64,000 nt of DNA from Antedon mediterranea. Taxonomy: Eukaryota > Animalia > Echinodermata. Below, in pieces: positions 24,301-37,460 of the stretch. Made by a program: the position numbers and the translations under genes. Location: assembly GCF_964355755.1 (NCBI RefSeq), contig NC_092674.1, forward strand, positions 29,140,001 to 29,204,000, given 5' to 3'. Each line of letters begins with the position of its first letter. The first letter of the stretch is position 1. The notes under the pieces were generated by a model that saw only the letters and a list, made by a program, of their open reading frames with translations, made no database searches and was not told where the DNA came from.

Positions 24301-27300
24301 GTTATTATACAGTTATCTGCTCAAGAGTACCATATATATTTGGCAATACTAAACTTTAGTGTACACTGTACGTGGAAAGTCTTAATCTTAATCAATTCCA
24401 TTTACAAGGAGTGGATGCGTTACAAATGATTTCCAGTATGACCTCTTCCCATAACCAGCAAATAATGACGTGCTGCAACCTGTAATGGCATGGAAGCTGG
24501 TTAGATTATTCTTAATAGGTTTTCAACCACTTTATTGTTCACTATACCAGACATCGTCCATACTTTTGAAGGCTACTGTTACAAAGTGCATATCATTATT
24601 AACATCAACTTTCATGTATAATTGCAAGCTCTTTGTTATTGACATAAAGAATGTCTAAAAACTGTGTGATATTTGTTCACCTCCAAACCGATGAGTGTGG
24701 CCCAAAACACATACGGAAGTACAGATTAGTACATTGGGACTATCCTTTCAATCGTGTCACTGCTTTTATCCACCCCTTTCCAATGTAATGATCAAATACA
24801 ACAAAATGACGAAATATCTAGGTAACTTGCATAAATACTTGCATAGTCACCAAATGTTTACAGCCATGTTTACTGCATCCTATAGTGCATGGCCATCATG
24901 TTTTTATTGTAAGTTTTCTTCTGGAACATCTGTGGATATTTCAACGCCATCCATCAAGATATGTGAAGTCATATTTGGTTAAAGATATTAAAATTGGGCT
25001 ATGATCATACTCCAATGGTTGATCAGCAGATTTTAAGTCAGTTTTTATGTACTTTATCGAAACAGTTGCCTTATAGAAATCCGCAAAGGTTTAGAGCGAT
25101 GCTTTCTCAGTGGCTCATGAAGTTCTAAGTTCTACTGTTTTTTTTTCTTTCATTAAGTTGTTATTTTGAATATAAGATCTTCCTTATCATCTGTCAGTTC
25201 GAAAGAATATTGTGTATTATGTGTGATTCGTGATCAGTCTGACCATGTCATGCAGAACCTATCAATGAATTACAGCGTTTCTTGTTATACCAATGATTCT
25301 ATTTTGAATTGATCAATCATCCACTCAGTGTTTAGAATATTGGTTCTGATAGTTTAGATAGGTAAATTTGTTTACCCTTTTAACCTCATTTCTACAACGA
25401 ATCCAATCGGTTTTTAAATGTGTTGGTGGTTTCAGAAATGACGACTTTGGTTGGCAAACTATTAAAATATATAATTACTAATTGTGAAAAAATGGATCTT
25501 CTATCAGTCCTTTGTGAAATTTAGGTTTAAAAAGTCTAAGCTGATGTCCTCGTGTATTTCTGCTTAGATTGCATCTTATTTGAAGGAAGTCTTCCTTGGC
25601 TACACCCTCGAAATCTTTTGAAAATTTTCAATCAAGTCACCATGAATTCGTCTGTCATACAGGGTTGTTAGGCCAAGAAACTTTAAACGATCTTCATATA
25701 AATAAGAATGGATAGCTGGAATTTGATTTGTCGCATGACGTTGTCCTCTTCAAGTGCGTTTACTTTTTGGGAGAAATGGATTTCATACCTGGACACAGTA
25801 CGTAACGTAATGTTTGTAAATAACATTAAAACCGTCTTTATCCATGTGTATAAAGGACTTCTTAATTACTTAAGGAGTTTATATTTGTTATCACCGTCAG
25901 CCATGATAGCATAGATGCGAAGGCCTCAAGAAGAAGTCCCCATTTACCACTCCTTCCAACCTCGATAAAGTTCAATAGTTAGAGTTTTTGAAAACAAAGA
26001 CTCGATACCCAGGTTTTTCTTTCGAGATTTCTTGAAACAACAAACTTCAATAAAAACTTGTATCATTGAAATAATGAAAAAAATGTTTAAATAATTACAT
26101 TATAGGGGGTCTCTGACCCAAACAAAAACATCTCGACATTAGGTAATATAGGGGGGTCTCTGTTTTCTAAATTTTTCTAAAAACAAATAAATATTATTAC
26201 ATTATTATAGGTAATATTAATAATTTTTCTAAAAACAAATTTCTAAATATTACTGTATTACATTATTATAGGTAATATTAATATTATAGTAAAAGACCAA
26301 TCTTTTGGCACATATGGCGTTTCATACTAATAACACTTGACCTATTTTTTCCGACAAAAATCAAAACGATGACTGGTGGACAACATGAAAAGGACAAATT
26401 TACAAAAGACTGGGAAAAGCCTATTAAAAAACTGTGTGTACTTTACAGAAATATGTGAAAACAACATTTTGAGAAAATGACATTTTTATATTTAATTTCT
26501 TATGTTTTTATGTGTAAAATTAAATGTTTATCTCATAATTACTATAATATGAAGCATCAGTTGATCTTCAGATATACCTTTTTGGATAGATCTGATGATG
26601 TAGATGATTTTCCGTGAATAAAAAAAAATCCTATATTTTGACCTTGTTTGACCTCTTGACCACATAAACTGACCTTAAAACCCAAAACTGAAGATGGTAT
26701 CCACCCCTATCGTTTTTGTCACCCCACAAAGGATACATTCAACATGGTTGCCTGCTATTAACAAAAAATGCCTCCCAAACTTTTTATAGAGGACTTTTGT
26801 GTATTTGGCCTCTCTACTATGATTTTACATTTATTGATTAATTACTTGTTTTAGATTGCAATTGATGGTAATGTCAGTGAGAAAGCCAGATATGAGCAGA
26901 AAATAGAAGATTTAGAAATAGCCTATCAAAAGGTTTGTATATATTTGTATTAATTATATTATTTGTTGTTTTAGTTAATAATAATAATAATAAAATAATG
27001 TTTACATCAATGTTTTGTTTTGACTTCAATCTAATTAACTCCAAGAGTTTTAATATATTTGCCATGCTTCTTATTGTATCTGTTTTTGTATATATATTTT
27101 GTTTATTATAGTATTGTGTATATAAAGAGTTTTTTTTTATATGATATATTTTTGTATGTACAATGATTACGAAATAAAGACTAAATGAAAATTAGGTTGG
27201 GCTAAAGCAAAGAGTAAAGTTTCTTTTCTTGTTTGAATTAAAAGGTTTCCATAGTGTCCACTTTTAGTGCGTTCTTATTTTATAAATTAACTTTCTTAAC

Positions 27301-30300
27301 TTAAATTTAACTTATTTCAGGCGGATCAGGACAGGACGTCCTTACAAACTCGTGTAAACTCAATGAGGAATATGATCAACACATTAGAAGACCAAGTTAA
27401 AGCTCAGTCACTGAGAATGGAAGAAACAAACGACGAGGCATCTCAACAACGAGCGACAGCAACACAAATGAGGTATAAACAGGTTTTATAGTGGTTTAAG
27501 TTAAGCTGGGTAGAATGAGGCATATAGAGGTTTTATTAGGCTTAAGTTAAACTGAGTAGAATATATCTAGAGATTTTATAACATATTTCAATTAAGCTTG
27601 GTAGAATGCATAATGTTTTTGTAAATTGTATTTTATATTTTTGTATTTTGCCAGTTTTCAAATCACATTTCTGTGAATAAAGTATATATGACTATGACTA
27701 TGACTAATCAAGAAATAGTATTTGACTTAAAGTTAGCTGGTTTGAAGAGGTTTTATAGCTTCAAATCAATTATATTGTAATATTTATTTCATTAAAAGTA
27801 ATACAAAAATGCAATGATTTATAGAAGCCGAATGTTGTCTTAAAGATAACATATTATGCATATATAAAACACACTTGGTTTAAGTTTGATATTAAAACAC
27901 AGCAAGATTATGGTGGTTACATACTGGAGGTGATGACAAAGAACGGATACATGAGTGGTAATTAATTTACCAACTGAATTCAAAACACATCTGATCCATA
28001 ACCATAATGTTTAAAGTATGTACTTTTAGTATAATGGTAACTACTCACATTGGGTGCATTTCAGATTAGTAGCAGAGCATGCAGAACAAACAGTAGGAGA
28101 TCATCAACGTAAACTTGTACAGAAACATGGAGAATTGAATGAAGCCCTTACTGTAAGAAATAGACTAGAAGAAAGAGTTAGTAAGTAAAAATACTTGAAA
28201 CACTCAATAATACAAGTAATTGTGGAAATAAACCCTAAAGCTCTGTCTACACTATCAAACTAGTGTGATGTACCCAAATATGGTAGTGATATACCCAAAT
28301 ATGGTCACATCACATTTTTTTGTCACATAAAGTTTGATAGTGTGGACAGAGCTTAAGCTTTTGTGCAACAAAACACCTCATTAGCATAGATTATGTATTT
28401 TATATGAACACATTGTTTTGAATTACAGATGATTTGAACAAAAACAATGCAATGCTAAGAGATGAGATTAACACATTGAGAATGACCATTGGCAAGGTAG
28501 ATCGTGACAAGGACAGTTTACAGATGACCGTTGATGAAAAGACGGAGAAGGTGGTCAGTTTTGAACGAGAGGTAGATGAAAAAAACAAGTTTCTCAGTGA
28601 GCTTAAAATGACTATTGGAGATTTAGAGGCAAGGCTAGAGTAAGTGTTGACGGCATTTTCATTTATGCCAACTGCATCATCACCATCAATATTAGCGACC
28701 TCATCAGAAACCGACTTCATCTACATTATCACTTTACATATTTACGATTAAAGGCAACCTCTTATATAAAGATGCTCTCCAGTCTTGTTTATTTTTAATT
28801 CGATTATTTGTAATTTTACTTTTGAAAGATTCTGAAATAAAAGATGGCTCCTTTTTTTTATTTTACAGTAAATTAAATGATGATTTATCGAGTCGTGATC
28901 GTGAAGTTCGAAGTTTACGACGGCAGTTGGATGGAACAAAAGACGAGTTGTCAAACATTAACCATGGGCGTGATGAAGCTGTTGGTGATAATCGACGTTT
29001 GCAAGATGATCTGTCCACAATGACCAGAGAAAACCAGGTATGTTTGTCAGAGATTGATGGTCTGTCTACCTTGCAATCTAAAGTCCTGTGTTCCATTCTT
29101 GCACTGGTGCTGTACCAGAGGTCATCATCAAAGAAGTGCTTTCTAATGAAACTTAATGTTACTCTGGACCTTTATTAAATTAGTAAATTACTGCATTATT
29201 GGTTTGAAGTGTATTTCCGAGTAATCGTATATATCCTCTGGTACAATCCCACCCCATTAGAACACAAAATTGGGCTTACTTTGGGGGTGGGACTAAACAC
29301 GGGAAAACCCTGGTTCAGGACAAAAATGATTGGTAAGCATTTCTTGTAAAAACTCATCTGAACTGGATAGAGAGAGGCCTACATTCAGACCAATACTAGG
29401 ACTATACCGAGGGATATGCCTGTAAAATCAGACATAAAGTAAGAGATGGGATTAGACCTGAGGATACACAAATGAACCTTACCATGTCTGTTTTTTTAAA
29501 TTTTAGGCAATAAATGTAGAACTAGAGGAAGCTATCAATGAAAGGGAGTCTGTAAAAGCACAAATACAAGATTACATATCAGAGGTGTCAAGGATGGAAG
29601 ACTTATTAGCAGCCAAGGTAGGACTTTAAAAGAAAGAGACATATTAATTCAATCATCAGTGGATGACTTCCATTTATTGTCATTTGCATATAACATATAC
29701 ATAGGAATTATGTTCGCACCTTTCAATATCTCTCTAGCCATTCGGATATTTTAGGAAGTTTTTTAGACTAATTTCACAACAAGGTTATCATAAATTCAGT
29801 AATTAGAGGGTGCCCATGCCTTTGACAGGAGACGGCTAGTGTTAATATGCAGATAAAGCATTTGCTACCAACAAAATTATCTTATATCTGAAAATTAATG
29901 TATAAAAAAGAAAATGATTCAATTTGTTATTTAGGAGCGTGAGAATGCAGAACTTCTAAACAACTATCGTGCAGTATCCACAGAAGCTCATCATTGGGAA
30001 AGCGAGGCAGCGCAGCAAGCTGACGAAACTACCAATGCTAAAGTAGAGTTGCTAACGAAACAAACGGAATTACAGAGGGTTGCTGACAGGATACACATGT
30101 TAGAATTAGAATTACAAGAGGTATGTAAAATTATGTTATAATAATGTTGATTGTAGAATAGAAATATTAACATATGGCTGAGCGGTTAAGGCATGGGCGA
30201 TGTGTATTGTACCTAAAGAGCCAACAATATCGGCATGGGTTCGAGGCCGACTCGCTCTTAGATCTGGTGGTTAAACAAGTATTCTCAGATAAGGACTATA

Positions 30301-32493
30301 AACTGTAGGTCCAGTGTACACAGTTATAACTCGTGTGTAACTCAGTTCATCATTCGAGACAAGTAAAGGGTTACCAAGGCGAACTGGTTCACAAAATAGC
30401 CCTGTATCAGGGGGATTACTGATAGGACAGTGATTAATTTACTATTGGTAATCCCTGGCCACATGTGCCTATAGACATACAATTTTAAAAAATAAATATA
30501 TATGCAGTTGTGTAACAATGATCCTACCATACACATTTTTCTTACAGCAACAGAAAACGCAACAAGCCTATGAAATCCAAGTATCAAACCTGACTAAGTC
30601 ATTGACAAACATGGAAGATGAGCTGAGACAACTACAAGAGGAGAAACAAGCCGTTCTACAGGATCTATCAGCTGTCAGAGAACTCTGCATGAAACTAGAC
30701 ACAACCAAGGAATCTCTTTCAAGACAATTAACTGCCACTAATATACAAAAAGAACAAGTAGGTGTTCCCACACACTCTTTTTACTAAGGAGATAATTAGC
30801 TCTTATCTAACCTTTTGACCTCACCGGTGTGAAATTGTGAATAATGAAGATAGAAATCAATTGAAAGAGCCCCAAAAGAATAAATTAACAAGAAAAAGCT
30901 ATAGTTTAAGCAACAAAGATATGTAGACAGAAATATTTTACTATAGAAATAAAATACTTCAATAATAATTTGCAGATTGAAAGTGCCTTAGAAGATGCAA
31001 AGAAGGAAGCTGATCTTCTGCGCAACCAGATCATGACGGAGAAGTCATCTTCCAGAAACCTAGAAGGCTTATTGCAAGCAAACAGAGAGAAGGAGTTTCA
31101 ACACCAACTGGAGAGCCAAGAACAAAGATCAGAGCTGCAAATACTAAAAGATCGACTGGCATTATCTGATAGTAAAATGTAAGAGTCAATCATATCAAAG
31201 ATATTTCCCTACAACTATTTATATTAAAATAAATAAATTTACTACTTTGAAGTAGCTTTGAGCCGGGGAGTTAATTGTTCAAACGTTTTGCTCTACTCTG
31301 ATGTAATTTGTACTTTATACCAAGTACATTTCAGAAGACTTTTTGGTGGACTCAAACTTTCAAATCACTAGCCTGCTGTTTATACCAAGCTTATGTGCAT
31401 GGCTAGGGTTAAATTCGTGCCCAAGTAAACAACTATAGATACGTATGATACCGAGTGGTTGGTTTGCCTGGCCATCCATACACATCACAACTTCCCCATT
31501 CTTATCGTCCTGCCTCGCTTCCAGTAGTCTCGAACACCGTTCACTTCAAGCGCCTCCGACTTGTCACGTCTTGTGAGTGAGTCCTTCCCTTTTCCTCACA
31601 CACTCAACACCCCTTTCCAAAATACCACGCATCACCACGCTCCATTCTGATTCGTCCACTTGATCAGCAGTGACTTGATTCATTTGCATGTGACAGACAC
31701 CTGACTCTCGTCACACATAACAATAACACTAAATTATTACTTTATTTACTATACTAGTATTGTACTTATTAAACCAATTAATTTACCTAATTAGGACACT
31801 AATTTATATCTTTCTTTTAAGTCATTTCATTACTGTATTGTTATTCCTTAGCCAAAGCCAATCCAGAGAGATCCAGAATCTGAGATCACGAACAACTCAA
31901 ATGGAATCTGAAAGTGAGAGGTTTAAGAGACAGTTGACAAGTGAAAGATTTGAAAAGTGAGTGAGTCATTAATTTTTATTTCTTACAAAACTTAATCCAA
32001 AACGTAAACAAATACAAGGCACACCAATGAACGTATGTTGAAAATTATAATAATAATACCTTTTTTGACAAACACTTTTGGATCGGTGGCAACACACTTA
32101 ATAGAGAGTGGTGCAGTCAACTTTAACTGCATACAAATTAAAACATTATAAACCAAACAAACTTAAAAAATCTAAACTTTAACAGTGATAAAACATAATA
32201 AAATACAATATTGTATTGTAATATCAATTGTATTCGTCAACAGAGAAAGAATTGTGCAAGAACTACGTCGTAGTACTTTATCACCAAGCCCAGGCTCTAG
32301 GCCAGGGGATCATAGTTCAACAAGACGTTCCATGTCACCAGAAAGAAGTGGGTTATTCTCACCAGTCTCAAACTCTATCTCATCTCCAACACAAATGAGA
32401 TCTCCGACACGAACACGCTCCCCCACTCGATCAAGATCACCCAGCCGATTAAAATCTCCTACATATTCGCGGACATCTGACTGGAGTAAGTGA
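9364..32493 (+). CDS. CEP135: Centrosomal protein of 135 kDa (CEP135/Bld10), coiled-coil centriole protein
   Basis: N-terminus [47 protein letters not shown] is the conserved CEP135 start; later motifs include [28 protein letters not shown] and [12 protein letters not shown]. Approximate exons: 9364-9522, 10467-10779, 11151-11380, 16401-16529, 16781-17062, 17267-17417, 18771-19008, 19150-19287, 19649-19740, 20088-20150, 22813-22986, 26855-26931, 27321-27472, 28065-28180, 28429-28639, 28869-29037, 29507-29617, 29935-30120, 30549-30757, 30976-31178, 31851-31957, 32244-32493. Confidence 0.95.
9593..9746. mobile_element. PIF/Harbinger-like MITE (agctctgtctacac family)
   Basis: agctctgtctacactatt ... 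aatagtgtagacaaagct termini. Confidence 0.7.
10224..10337. mobile_element. PIF/Harbinger-like MITE (agctctgtctacac family, internally deleted)
   Basis: actctgtctacac ... gatagtgtagacagagc termini. Confidence 0.65.
12436..12486 (+). CDS. Candidate alternative first coding exon of CEP135 ([17 protein letters not shown])
   Basis: aaaATG start, 17 open codons and a perfect phase-0 donor G|GTAAGT compatible with the phase-0 acceptor at 16401. Confidence 0.45.
13326..13615. repeat. 17-bp minisatellite (aataggtgtgtcccctg)n, ~17 copies
   Basis: Direct reading; the array runs into a pogo/Tigger-like end gttctactg-TA at ~13640-13649. Confidence 0.95.
15532..15830. mobile_element. hAT-like MITE
   Basis: TIR cagggttctc / gagaaccctg with GC-rich subterminal ccaccact repeats. 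No clear 8-bp TSD. Confidence 0.55.
17464..17592. repeat. 65-bp tandem duplication
   Basis: tactctgactttgtactgtgaactcagtgcattgagaaca..cttactttaatca occurs twice. Confidence 0.85.
19334..19611. mobile_element. Kolobok-like MITE
   Basis: aaagatatattgtctccc ... gggagacaatacatcttt, followed by TTAA; similar to 1144-1476. Confidence 0.6.
20198..22680. repeat. 31-bp minisatellite (cagagtatttcctgcacccttcttcttccct)n, ~80 copies, in a CEP135 intron
   Basis: Direct reading; highly homogeneous, with a pyrimidine-rich + strand. Confidence 0.97.
23224..26819 (-). mobile_element. Decayed Academ (AcademX-type) DNA transposon
   Basis: Termini TAGTAG...CTACTA, long imperfect TIRs (~170 bp) and TGA on both flanks. 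Minus-strand remnants [22 protein letters not shown] (XPG/H3TH-like), [21 protein letters not shown] and LELVTCMCK..CICGC (Cys-rich C-terminus) are broken by stops. Confidence 0.75.
25510..25800 (-). mobile_element. CR1-type LINE fragment nested in the Academ element
   Basis: Minus strand reads [24 protein letters not shown] ... [11 protein letters not shown], typical of the CR1 ORF2 C-terminus. Confidence 0.7.
28238..28354. mobile_element. PIF/Harbinger-like MITE (agctctgtctacac family)
   Basis: aagctctgtctacactatcaaac ... gtttgatagtgtggacagagctt. Confidence 0.75.
30172..30470 (+). mobile_element. tRNA-derived Deu/Nin-domain SINE (diverged copy)
   Basis: A box tggctgagcggttaag and B box gggttcgagg, then gataaggactataaa..gtaggtccagtgtacac shared with the copy at 57449. 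Confidence 0.7.
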
Positions 32494-32532
32494 AATATTC
32501 AACATTTTTTGTAAAATGTGCTGTAAAAAAAT

Positions 32533-33035
32533 AATTGCATGAGGTACACCACTGTCACTGACCCATCATCAGATAATTGCATGAGGTACTGATATGGTGA
32601 GTTAGAACTGCTGCCACTGACTTGTCTATATACAATTGCATGATGTACTGGTATGGTGAGTTAGCACTGCTGCCACTGACCTGTCTATATACAATTGCAT
32701 GAGGTACTGGTATGGTGAGTTGGCACTGCTGCCACTGACCTGTCTATATACAATTGCATGAGGTACTGGTATGGTGAGTTGGCACTGCTGCCACTGACCT
32801 GTCTATATACAAATGCATGAGGTCCTGGTATGGTGAGTTGGCACTGCTGCCACTGACCTGTCTATATACAATTGCATGAGGTACTGGTATGGTGAGTTAG
32901 CACTGCTGCCACTGACCTGTCTATATACAATTGCATGAGGTACTGGTATGGTGAGTTGGCACTGCTGCCACTGACCTGTCTATATACAAATGCATGAGGT
33001 CCTGGTATGGTCAGTTACCATTGATGCCACTGACT
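32533..33035. repeat. 59-bp tandem repeat (~8 copies) in the CEP135 3' UTR
   Basis: Unit aattgcatgaggtactggtatggtgagttggcactgctgccactgacctgtctatatac. Confidence 0.92.
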
Positions 33036-34689
33036 GGTCATCCATACATCCATCCAGTACTTATTTGTTTTTTATTTTATTGTTTGATATACTGTATGAC
33101 CACCCGTTTGTAAAGCAATATTGTTTGACCTTCCAAAAGAGATGTCCCAATTAAAACATCACAATTTCATACAATTATTTCACACATTATTTTAATAATA
33201 TTTCTTCTGCATGCTTTTATTGTTATTGTTTGTTTTCCTTGGCCTTAGGATGACTGTGAAGATTTCTTGTATTTCTTATTTTTAAGTAAGTTTATTTTGA
33301 ATATTTTATCTATTTAAGCATGTTTATTTTTTCATTGTGTCATTTTATAAATATAAGTTGTCTTCAAATAACTGTAATCTTTTGTTTTTTGTGATTTTGT
33401 TTATCTAATTCCCTTAAAGTTAATGCTCAGACATCAACACCAGAATATGTATGTAAAGTCCAGAGTTTTGCTAAGGAGATCTTAAAGTTGTGTATTTTCC
33501 ATTGATTTCTAAAAGGTTAATTACTCATCACTGGTTTCAAATTCTTTTTTTCAGCTGTACGGAATGTTGTCAGTACCAAACCCTTGAAAGCAAGCCTTTT
33601 AAAATATACAGCAAGGTCACGGTTCAAGAATGTTTCAACAAAACAATTTACATGACGATATATAGTACTGTGCAATTGAACAAGAAACAACATTTTTTGT
33701 TTTAGTGTGATTAGACCTTTATTGGAATATTTCACTAAATGTTATCGTTTATCAACAAATGTTACCTTTTCAAAAGGGATGTATAGTTTTGTTTTAAAGT
33801 AGCGAATGTTTTAGAGTATCCAAGTAAAAACAATATTATTTATATTTCTTCTAAATATTTTTTTATATTGAATTCTATCAGAATGTATATTTGTTTGTTT
33901 TTTTTAATAGTAAATAGTTTTGCGGTTTGAATGTCTTAATGATGGTGCTACATAAATTATGAATGTTTACTGCTACAGTTTAAGCATTATGGCTGCGGCC
34001 CCACCTTCTTAAGACAATACTTATGTTGCTAATATTTAATACATACAAGCTCCTTTGGTGGCGAAGTGCACTCTAGAAATCAGATTATTATACATAAATT
34101 TCTTTCATATATCTAATGTTGGATTTTACTACTACTAAAGGGTATAAGTTATAATTGAAGTTCGCAAAATATGTCACATGAGTGTAACCTTGTTATCTGA
34201 TTGGATAATAATTGCATAGGTAAAGTTCTGTTGGATGTTTTTATTTTACATTCAACATTTTGAAGATCGTGTGCGGTGCAAGGCGGTTGCATGTTTGTAT
34301 GTATAGTATACATCATCTATAAAGCTCTACTCTGCTGGCCAATTTGGGCTGCCATAATACAGGGCCTAGCTATCAACAATGTTTTATATTCCTTTAATGA
34401 GGATAATATTCTTTAAAAAGATGAACTGGTTTAATAGACCTGCCCATCTTCCGACTTAAAACTATTTTCCATTTCATGAACTTTTTTTTACTTTGGATGT
34501 TAAAATGAGCTAATCATGACGTCCAATTAATCTACCTTCAATTGTATTAATATTAATAGGTATATTTTAAGATATTGTTTGTGCTGTAATATAGTGTTGT
34601 TTGTTTTGTTTTTTTATTAAAGTGTTTATAAGGTATTACTTTTTATCCAGATTTAAAATTAAATTATTTTTAAAAGGCATATTTTAGGC

Positions 34690-37380
34690 ATTTTCAGAAA
34701 ATAGCAAAATTTCGACCCTTTTATTTTTTGACATAACTAGTTACTGTGGCTCTATAATATGTTTATAACACAATATATGCGCATATATGGCAATATTATC
34801 GCATAATTATTGAATTTTAAAAAGTAGATATTTTTATTCATTTTTCGAAAAAATCCATGTACTATAGTACAGGGAAATTTTCGAAAAATGACCAAATTTC
34901 GACCCCTTTATTTTTTGCCATAACTAGTTACTATGGCTCTATAATATGTTTATAACACAATATATGGCAATATTATCGCATAATTGAATTTTAAAAAGTG
35001 GATATTTCGGTCATTTTTCTGGAAAAAAAAACCATGCACAATTGACATGCGCAGAACGCATTATTTGACTCTGTGCATGTTTATTATGCTATAGTAACCA
35101 TTTATGTGAAAAAATAAAAGGGTCGAAAATCGGCCATTTTTGAAAATTTTCCTGTACTATAGTACAGGGAATTTTTCCAAAAAATGGCCAATTTCCGACC
35201 ATTTTATTTTTCGATAAAACTGGTTACTATAGCACAATTGACATGCGCAGAACGCATTATTCGACTCTGCCCATGTTTATTATGCTATTGTAACCATTTA
35301 TGTCAAAAGTGGTTACTATAACACAATTGACATGTGCAGAACGCATTATTCGACTCTGCGCATGTTTATTATGCTATAGTAACCATTTATGTCAAAAGTG
35401 GTTACTATAGCACAATTGACATGCGCAGAACCCATTATTCGACTCTGCGCATGTTTATTATGCTATAGTAACCATTTATGTCAAAAGTGGTTATTATAGC
35501 ACAATTGACATGCGCATTCGACTCTGCGCATGTTTATTATGCTATAGTAACCATTTATGTCAAAAAATAAAGGGTCGAAAATCGGCCATTTTTAAAAATT
35601 TCCCTGTACTATAGTACAGGGATGATTTTTTCAAAAAAATGGCCAATTTTCGACCTTTTTATTTTTCGATAAAACTGGTTACTATAGCACAATTGACATG
35701 CGCAGAACCCATTATTCGACTCTGCGCATGTTTATTATGCTATAGTAACCATTTATGTCAAAGTGGTTACTATAGCACAATTGACATGCGCAGAACCAGT
35801 TATTTGACTCTGCGCATGTTTATTATGCTATAGTAACCATTTATGTCAAAAGTGGTTATTATAGCACAATTGACATGCGCAGAACCCATTATTCGACTCT
35901 GCGCATGTTTATTATGCTATAGTAACCATTTATGTCAAAAAATAAAAGGGTCGAAAATCGGCCATTTTTTAAAATTTCCCTGTACTATAGTACAGGGATG
36001 ATTTTTTCAAAAAAATGGCCAATTTTCGACCTTTTTATTTTTCGATAAAACTGGTTACTATAGCACAATTGACATGCGCAGAACCCATTATTCGACTCTG
36101 CGCATGTTTATTATGCTATAGTAATCATTTATGTCAAAAAATAAAAGGGTCGAAAATCGGCCATTTTTGAAAATTTCCCTGTACTATAGTACAGGAATTT
36201 TTTCAACAAAATTGCCAATTTTCAACCTTTTTATTTTTCGATAAAACTGGTTACTATAGCACAATTGACATGCGCAGAACCCATTATTCGACTCTGCGCA
36301 TGTTTATTATGCTATAGTAACCATTTATGTCAAAGTGGTTACTATAGCACAATTGACATGCGCAGAACCAGTTATTTGACTCTGCGCATGTTTATTATGC
36401 TATAGTAACCATTTATGTCAAAAGTGGTTATTATAGCACAATTGACATGCGCAGAACCCATTATTCGACTCTGCGCATGTTTATTATGCTATAGTAACCA
36501 TTTATGTCAAAAAATAAAAGGGTCGAAAATCGGCCATTTTTAAAAATTTCCCTGTACTAAAGTACAGGGATGATTTTTTCAAAAAAATGGCCAATTTTCG
36601 ACCTTTTTATTTTTCGATTAAACTGGTTACTATAGCACAATTGACATGCGCAGAACCAGTTATTCAACTCTGCGCATGTTTATTATGCTATAGTAACCAT
36701 TTATGTCAAAGTGGTTACTATAGCACAATTGACATGCGCAGAACCAGTTATTCGACTCTGCGCATGTTTATTATGCTAAGTAACCATTTATGTCAAAGTG
36801 GTTACTATAGCACAATTGACATGCGCAGAACCCATTATTCGACTCTGCGCATGTTTATTATGCTATAGTAACCATTTATGTCAAAAGTGGTTACTATAGC
36901 ACAATTGACATGCGCAGAACCAGTTATTCGACTCTGCGCATGTTTATTATGCTAAGTAACCATTTATGTCAAAGTGGTTACTATAGCACAATTGACATGC
37001 GCAGAACCCATTATTCGACTCTGCGCATGTTTATTATGCTATAGTAACCATTTATGTCAAAAGTGGTTACTATAGCACAATTGACATGCGCAGAACCGAT
37101 TATTCGACTCTGCGCATGTTTATTATGCTATAGTAACCATTTATGTCAAAAAATAAAAGGGTCGAAAATCGGCCATTTTTGAAAATTTCCCTGTACTATA
37201 GTACAGGGAAATTTTCGAAAAATGCCAAAAATTTCGACCCCTTTATTTTTTGCCATAACTAGTTACTATGGCTCTATAATATGTTTATAACACAATATAT
37301 GCGCATATATGGCAATATTATCGCATAATTAAACAATTTTTAAAAAGTGGATATTTTGGCCATTTTTCGACCCTTTTATT
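34690..37380. repeat. Complex satellite of nested palindromes (88-89 bp hairpin units inside TIR-bounded blocks), probably MITE-derived
   Basis: Unit tggttactatagca..acatgcgcaga..tctgcgcatgt..tgctatagtaacca; palindromic junction ccctgtactatagtacaggg occurs ~7 times. Confidence 0.9.
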
Positions 37381-37460
37381 TGTAACCAATAATAATAATA
37401 TTATTTTTATTATTATTATTTAATATTATTACAGATTATTTAGGCCTACGTTTGATACCC

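Noticed and set aside
23225-26818. Polinton/Maverick reading (AGTAG..CTACT ends with ATGAT flanks)
   Set aside because: Internal relics match an Academ XPG-type transposase; no pPolB, integrase or capsid motifs were seen.
31440-31716. Possible solo LTR ending in cgtcaca
   Set aside because: No matching TG start, TSD, PBS or second copy could be identified.
35639-36868. Repeated ORFs MANFRPFYFSIKL...
   Set aside because: Artefacts of the palindromic satellite; no splice or codon support.
35030-37200. CRISPR-like array of palindromic repeats
   Set aside because: No unique spacers, no cas genes, and a eukaryotic intron-exon context.
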